DNA of 64,000 nucleotides from Acidobacteriota bacterium (GTDB lineage Bacteria; Acidobacteriota; UBA6911; RPQK01; JAJDTT01): NCBI GenBank assembly GCA_965209055.1, contig OZ242374.1, positions 4,128,001 to 4,192,000 of the forward strand, read 5' to 3'. Shown piece by piece: positions 58,821 to 64,000 of this stretch (position 1 is its first letter; each line of letters starts with the position of its first letter). The notes under the pieces were generated by a model. It saw only the letters and a program-made list of their open reading frames with translations, ran no database searches and was not told where the DNA came from. The position numbers and the translations under genes were made by a program.

Positions 58821-60428
58821 CTACGGGGCCGTTGCACCGCCGGCCGAACCGCCGGTGGCGTCCGCCACCAGAAACTCAAACGAATAGAGGCTGGCCTCTT
58901 CAAGGTGAAAACGCAGCCGGATCGGCTTTCCGGCCAGGGAGCTGACGGCGGAGCGTCCATTCCAGCTCACCCTCTGGCGGAGAGCGTCTTGCCGAAGGGG
59001 GTCACAGTCCTCCCGGGTGAAACCGGGAACGGGGTTCCCCCCATGGTCCAGGACTTCCACCAGGAGACGGCCGTTCCCGGCATCGGCGTTGACCACCAGT
59101 TCATCTCCGGTGAAGGTAAAGCTCCTGGTGGTCAGGCTTCCGCCCGGCTTGCCCGCTTGGACCGATACGAACCCGTCCAACCGCAGAGTCGCCAATCCGA
59201 TGCCGTTGGGGAATCCGTCGACCCCCGGAGGAAGGGTTTCATTGTGATCGTAACCGGCACCGTGGTAGTAGATCCGGACTTCGTCGTCGTGAACGAAGGG
59301 ACCCTGCAAGGCGTAGATCGCGCCCCAATCGAAATCGCCGGGCCGGTTTGAGAGCGGCAGGAACACGTCCCGATTTCCGGCGCGGTCCCAGGTTCGTCCG
59401 TCCCGGCTGGAGGTCAACTGCACCGCGCCCCGGCAGTAGTCGGGGTCGTAGCTGAAGACCGTGACGAGGCCGATACGGAGGCCCTCATAGGTCATGACCT
59501 CCATGTTGTAGAACTGGTCCCGATTGAGAGGATCTTCCGCGTCCGGCCCTACGATGACCCGATAGTCGTTCCAATGAACGAAATCGCGGCTCGTGATCTG
59601 GCCCACCCGGCGGATGCTGTGGTTCTCGGGAGCACGGTTCCTCCGCGGGTCCCAGTGCCGCCGCCAACCGGCCCGAGCCTCCGGGTCGCTCACCAGGCGC
59701 GGCCGGACCTGGGAGATCCTGCCGGTGCGGTCCCGGATGATCCCGACGTAGAGGCCGAGGGCTTCGTCCCAGTAGGCGATCATCTGGCTGTCGTGGCCGG
59801 GAGGTTCGAAAAAAACGGCCTTGCCGTCGTTGTACGGAATCCAGTCCAGGCCGTCCGCCGAATGGGACGCGTAGATCTTGTAGTCTTCCCGCATGTGCAG
59901 CATCTTGAAGCGCCGGGACGGGTCCGCCTCCTGGTGGTCCAGGAAGACCCCGCTGGCCAAGCCGCCGTGAGGCACGACGATGTTGTTTTCCGTCGTTCCC
60001 CGGTACTTGAATTTTCCCAGCCTCGGCTTGTCCCACCGGATGCCGTCGGCGCTCCTGGCGAAGCAGAGGACCGCGTGCTCGTCCCCTCCGCTGCCGGCGT
60101 GCAGGCTGTACCAGAGTTTGAAGAGTCCATCGTCCGGATCGAAAAGGACGCTGGAAAAGGCGACCGGCATGCCCGCCTCCCAAGCCGCCTCGCCTTTCGG
60201 CACTCTCGCCAGGACCGGGTTGCCCGCATACTTTCCTGGCTGGTTCAACCTCAGCTCGACGCCCGTTGATTCGTTGATGAGGAAGTCGTCGACGAAGAGC
60301 TGCCGGTGGCCTCCCAGCGGGATCGGTTTCTCCCGGGACTGTTCCGGGGGACCCATTCCGCCTGTCCCCAGGACCAACACCGCGGTCATGTGCATCGTTA
60401 CCAGGAAAACCGGCCATGATTTTGTCAT
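58821..60428 (-). CDS. Secreted beta-propeller glycoside hydrolase-like protein (paralog 3)
   Basis: 'LGGHRQLFVDD', 'SADGIRWDKP' and 'LRLDGF...LYSFEF'. Confidence 0.7.
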   Translation of the reverse strand: MTKSWPVFLVTMHMTAVLVLGTGGMGPPEQSREKPIPLGGHRQLFVDDFLINESTGVELRLNQPGKYAGNPVLARVPKGEAAWEAGMPVAFSSVLFDPDDGLFKLWYSLHAGSGGDEHAVLCFARSADGIRWDKPRLGKFKYRGTTENNIVVPHGGLASGVFLDHQEADPSRRFKMLHMREDYKIYASHSADGLDWIPYNDGKAVFFEPPGHDSQMIAYWDEALGLYVGIIRDRTGRISQVRPRLVSDPEARAGWRRHWDPRRNRAPENHSIRRVGQITSRDFVHWNDYRVIVGPDAEDPLNRDQFYNMEVMTYEGLRIGLVTVFSYDPDYCRGAVQLTSSRDGRTWDRAGNRDVFLPLSNRPGDFDWGAIYALQGPFVHDDEVRIYYHGAGYDHNETLPPGVDGFPNGIGLATLRLDGFVSVQAGKPGGSLTTRSFTFTGDELVVNADAGNGRLLVEVLDHGGNPVPGFTREDCDPLRQDALRQRVSWNGRSAVSSLAGKPIRLRFHLEEASLYSFEFLVADATGGSAGGATAP

Positions 60429-60472
60429 CGAAAGGTCCTCGGGACGGCACAACCACCGCTGGTGAGAACGGT

Positions 60473-61156
60473 TCAGCCGCCGGATCGTTTCCGGCCGACC
60501 AGCACTGAAATCGGAATCTGACTCCAGATGCATCCGGCGTCGAATCCGGCGCGGGTCATGGCCTCCAGTTCGCATTCCAACGGGAAATACATATCTTCAT
60601 CCGACCATTCGTCAAAGTGCCGATAGGCGCGCTCTTCAGGGATTCCGCGCGACACCATGTGCGCCGCCCAGACCGCGTAATCCGCGGCCCTGCGGGAGGC
60701 ATCGTCCGGCATGGTCGCGTCGCCGTTGACGAACACGCCACCCGGGGCCAAAGCCTCATGGATCCGTCCAAAGAGCCGGGTCTTGGCCTCCAGGTCGGGC
60801 ACATGATGCAACGCCAACGAGGCGACAACGGCGTCGCAACGGGGAAGGGTGTCGTAAAACGACTGCCGTCTCAGTCGTACCCGTTCTCCGAAGCGTTGCA
60901 GCCGCATCCGGGCGCGAGCCAACATTTCGTCGTCGACGTCGATCAACTCCACGACGCTGTCACCGCACTTCTCCAAGATTGCCTCGGAGAGGGCCCCGGT
61001 CCCGGCGCCCAGATCGAGCACCCGCTTGGGGTGGCTGAGGTCGACTGCTTGAGCAACCTCCTCCAGCATTCGATCGTAGCAGGGAATGAACTGCCGGATG
61101 ATCTCGTCGTACTCGTCGATTTCAAGATGCAGGTGCCGGCGAACGGAGTGGCTCAT
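60473..61156 (-). CDS. Class I SAM-dependent methyltransferase
   Basis: 'VLDLGAGTG', 'SLALHH' and 'LAPGG'. Confidence 0.9.
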   Translation of the reverse strand: MSHSVRRHLHLEIDEYDEIIRQFIPCYDRMLEEVAQAVDLSHPKRVLDLGAGTGALSEAILEKCGDSVVELIDVDDEMLARARMRLQRFGERVRLRRQSFYDTLPRCDAVVASLALHHVPDLEAKTRLFGRIHEALAPGGVFVNGDATMPDDASRRAADYAVWAAHMVSRGIPEERAYRHFDEWSDEDMYFPLECELEAMTRAGFDAGCIWSQIPISVLVGRKRSGG

Positions 61157-61251
61157 GGGACCAAAAAACCATCGACAGGCGGAGCGAACGAATGCGGAGT
61201 CCGTATCACAACGTTCCTTCCGATCCCGCGACGACTCTCATTGCGTAACAC

Positions 61252-61590
61252 TCAGTCTTCGCCCCGGAGTTCGTGGAGAGTGAAGCCGCGTCCCGCCAGT
61301 CTGGCTCCAAGCCATCGCTTGAGGGATGCCTGACTCTCTCCCGACCGGCGGCCGGCGAGCAAACCCTCCACACTGATGTCCTCGTCAAGGTCCGTCCAAT
61401 GAATGTGCTGGCTCCCGGCGTGAAGCTCCCAGTTATTTCGTTCGTCTTCAGTCGCGTGGACAAGCCTTGGATACCAAGCGAGCGGAACCGAGATTATCCG
61501 TCCATCAGCCAATTCGGCCGTCAGCAAAGTGTTTGTTACCGTGATACTTGTGGCTCCCGGCACGTCCAATTCAACTGTCGAAGTAGTCAT
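61252..61590 (-). CDS. DUF2442 domain protein (putative antitoxin)
   Basis: 'LADGRIISVPLAWYPRL' and 'IHWTDLDEDISVEGLL'. Confidence 0.88.
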   Translation of the reverse strand: MTTSTVELDVPGATSITVTNTLLTAELADGRIISVPLAWYPRLVHATEDERNNWELHAGSQHIHWTDLDEDISVEGLLAGRRSGESQASLKRWLGARLAGRGFTLHELRGED

Positions 61591-61610
61591 GCCAAGCCTT
61601 TCTGAATGCT
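61571..61610 (-). pseudogene. C-terminal remnant of a DUF4160-like partner gene
   Basis: 'FRKAWHDYFDS*' overlaps the DUF2442 start as in DUF4160-DUF2442 pairs; no recognisable N-terminal part. Confidence 0.45.
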
Positions 61611-61734
61611 CCGGGCATGGTACCACCTTCCAATCGGATAGCCCGGAACCAATCGACACCGGTAACTGCCACCTCGTAAGCGGGCTTCGGATTTCGGCTA
61701 TAATGGCGGCTTTCACGGCAAAGGCAGGCTCGAC

Positions 61735-64000
61735 TTGAAGCTCCATTCAGCACCAAAATCCGCACGGGGGATCCCCTCGGCTCGCCGACATCCGGGTTGG
61801 CCCCCCGCTGTTCTCCTGCTGGGTCTTCTTGCCTCACTCCCCGTTCTGGGGGAAGTCGAGCTGGACAAAGCCGAACTGGAACAGACCGAGGAACTCTCCG
61901 AGTCCCTGGCCAACTCTCTCCTGGAATTCTCGGTGACGGTCCGGGAACGGGACCTGAAGCGGATCGGCGAGTTCTTCGAGTCCCCGTCCCGGGTGACGCC
62001 GTGGCCGGCTCTTTCCGGTGTCCCGGCTTCGGAGTTCAAATGGATCTCGACTGCCGCGCCCCGCGTCACGCGCAAGCGTCCGAAGAAGGTGCCCCGGACC
62101 GGACTGGTGAAGAGCTGGGAGAAGTTCCTGGAGTCCTTCTCATCCGTCGAGGATGCCCGTTTTCAGGTCAAGGGGGCCCGCTTCAGGCAACGGAGGGCGA
62201 AAGTCGAGGGCAAGGGGGATCTCAAGTTCTTCCTGATCGGGCGTGACGGAAAGAGCCATCGATTCTGGGTGAAGGGAACGGGCCGGCTGGTCGCGGTCCA
62301 AACCGGGGAGGAGAAGTGGCAAATCTCCGAATTCCAACTGGACGAGGTCAAGACCATGCGCGCGTCCGCGGACCTCTTCTCCGAGGTCTGTATCCCGGCG
62401 GGAGTTTCCAATTCGCTGCCACGGTACGGCGAACCGGGAAACGATGATTTCGTCTATCACGGCGCCGCTACGGGAGACCTGAACCAGGACGGGCTGCAGG
62501 ACCTGGTGGTCACGGGCATCAACCGGAACTACCTCTACCTGAACCAGGGCGGCCGGTTTCAGGACGTGGCCGACAAAGCGGGGATCTCGATCACCCCGCC
62601 GGGCACGGCGCCGCTGCTCCTCGACTACGACAACGACGGCGACCTGGACGTCTTCATGGCCTCGGTGGGAGAGCAGATGCTGTTCGAGAACCGCCTTGTG
62701 CCGTCCGGGAGACTGCTCTTCTTCGACATCTCGCAAGAGGTCGGCATCGCGGTGAACGCCATCGGTTTCAGCGCCACCGCCGGTGATGTGAACAAGGACG
62801 GCTGGACCGACGTCTACGTTGCCTCCTACAACCGCTACGGCCGGGTCATGCCCGACTCCTGGCACCGCGCCTCCAACGGGACTCCGAACCTGCTCTTCCT
62901 GAATCAAGGGAATGGAAGCTTCCGGGAAGCGGGGGCCGCGTGGGGTGTCCGCGACCAGCGCTGGAGCTATGCCGCCCAGTTCGCCGACATCAACGGAGAC
63001 GGACGGCTGGATCTCTACGTGGCCAACGACTTCGGCGAGAACGGCTACTACGTGAACCTGGGAGACCGCTTCGAGGACCGGGCCACGAGCATGGGGCTGC
63101 TGGACCCCGGCAATGGAATGGGTGTTTCCTTCGGCGACTTCAACAACGACGGGCGGATCGACCTCTACGTCACCAACATGTCCTCGACGGCCGGGAACCG
63201 GATCCTGGACCGGCTGTTCCCGCAGGGCCGGGGAGACCGGAGCGGACTCAAGAAGCTGGCCGCCGGCAACACGTTGTTCGAAGGAGTGGACGGGGGCGGC
63301 TTTCGGGACGTGAGCGGCAAATTCGGACCCTTCGTTGCCGGATGGGCCTGGGGCGGGGTCTTCGTGGACTTCGACAACGACGGATGGGAGGACCTCTACT
63401 CTCCCAACGGGTTCATCAGCGGCAAGTCCATGAAGGACACATGAAGCTTCTTCTGGCGCCACGTCGTGGCGTCCACGGTCGGCGACGAGAAGGCCGGCAA
63501 CCAGGATTACCAGACGAACCACATGGCTCTGCTCTTCGAGCAGGGGCTGTCCTTCAGCGGATTCGAACGGGACGCCCTGTTCCTGAACCGTGAGGGCACC
63601 CGGTTTCAGGACATTTCAGGCGTCTCGGGCATCGACTCCATCTCCGACGGACGCTCGGCCGTTCCCGTCGACCTGGACAACGACGGCGACCTGGACATCT
63701 TTCTCACCACCATCCAGGGCGAAGGTCATCTCCTGTTCCGCAACAACGTGGGCCAGGACAAGGGCTTCATTCGCGTCGAGCTGGAGGGGACGAAGAGCGG
63801 CAAGGACGCATTCGGCGCCCAGGTCCGGGTGAAGACTCCCCTGGGGGTCCAGACCCGGATCCTCTCGGGGGGAAGCGGTTTCATGGCTCAACCCGACCGG
63901 CGGCTCCTGTTCGGACTGGGGGAGACCAAGGAGGCGGAATGGTTGGAGGTGACCTGGCCCTCCGGTGTTCGCCAGCGGGTCGGTCCCATTCCCGCCGGCA
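61735..64000 (+). CDS. CRTAC1/ASPIC-UnbV family FG-GAP protein with in-frame TGA at 63442-63444 (candidate selenoprotein); runs off window
   Basis: FG-GAP repeats before the TGA; the same frame continues open with 'DLDNDGDLD', 'LFRN', 'AFGAQV', 'LLFGLG' and 'VTWPSG'. Confidence 0.82.
63445..63495 (+). promoter_or_regulatory. Candidate bacterial SECIS hairpin
   Basis: TGG-CGCCAC[GTC]GTGGCG-(T)-CCA at 63454-63475; loop starts with G, 18 nt after the UGA; possible outer CTTCT/AGAAG pairing. Confidence 0.55.

Noticed and set aside
63523-64000. Independent downstream gene starting at the Met of 'NHMALLF'
   Set aside because: No clear SD, and it would split one protein family architecture; read-through or a nonsense mutation fits better, though not formally excluded

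Overview
GC-rich bacterial window, most likely Acidobacteriota. This is an inference from the ClpC N-terminus 'MFEKYTEKARRVIFFARYEASQ', the lolCD-clpC-bamA-skp-lpxD-fabZ-lpxA-lpxI order and planctomycete-type PSCyt/DUF1501 genes. 1-23.2 kb is core housekeeping on the + strand: hprK/PTS, pgsA-like, ribH-nusB, lysS, lolC/E-lolD, clpC, bamA, skp, lipid A genes, miaA, gatB and a receiver protein, then tRNA-Leu(CAG) on the minus strand. 23-64 kb is accessory: Tat-exported oxidoreductase/isomerase, amtB, lgt-like, SDRs, three paralogous beta-propeller proteins, an FG-GAP protein, an IS1634 element inserted in a REP-like hairpin, cysK, a PSCyt/DUF1501 pair, galM and an orphan DUF2442. Two signals stand out. 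(1) An AT-richer island at ~40.0-43.3 kb holds a duplicated cassette of membrane-anchored ankyrin protein (one intact, one decayed) plus three divergent secreted peptides. All three peptides share the mirror-symmetric pattern C-x3-C-x6-C-x10-C-x8-C-x10-C-x6-C-x3-C, and the cassettes share an upstream motif and a downstream hairpin. (2) A CRTAC1/ASPIC-UnbV-type gene at the right edge continues in frame past a TGA that is followed by a bacterial-SECIS-like hairpin, making it a candidate selenoprotein. No database searches were run; product calls rest on recognised motifs.
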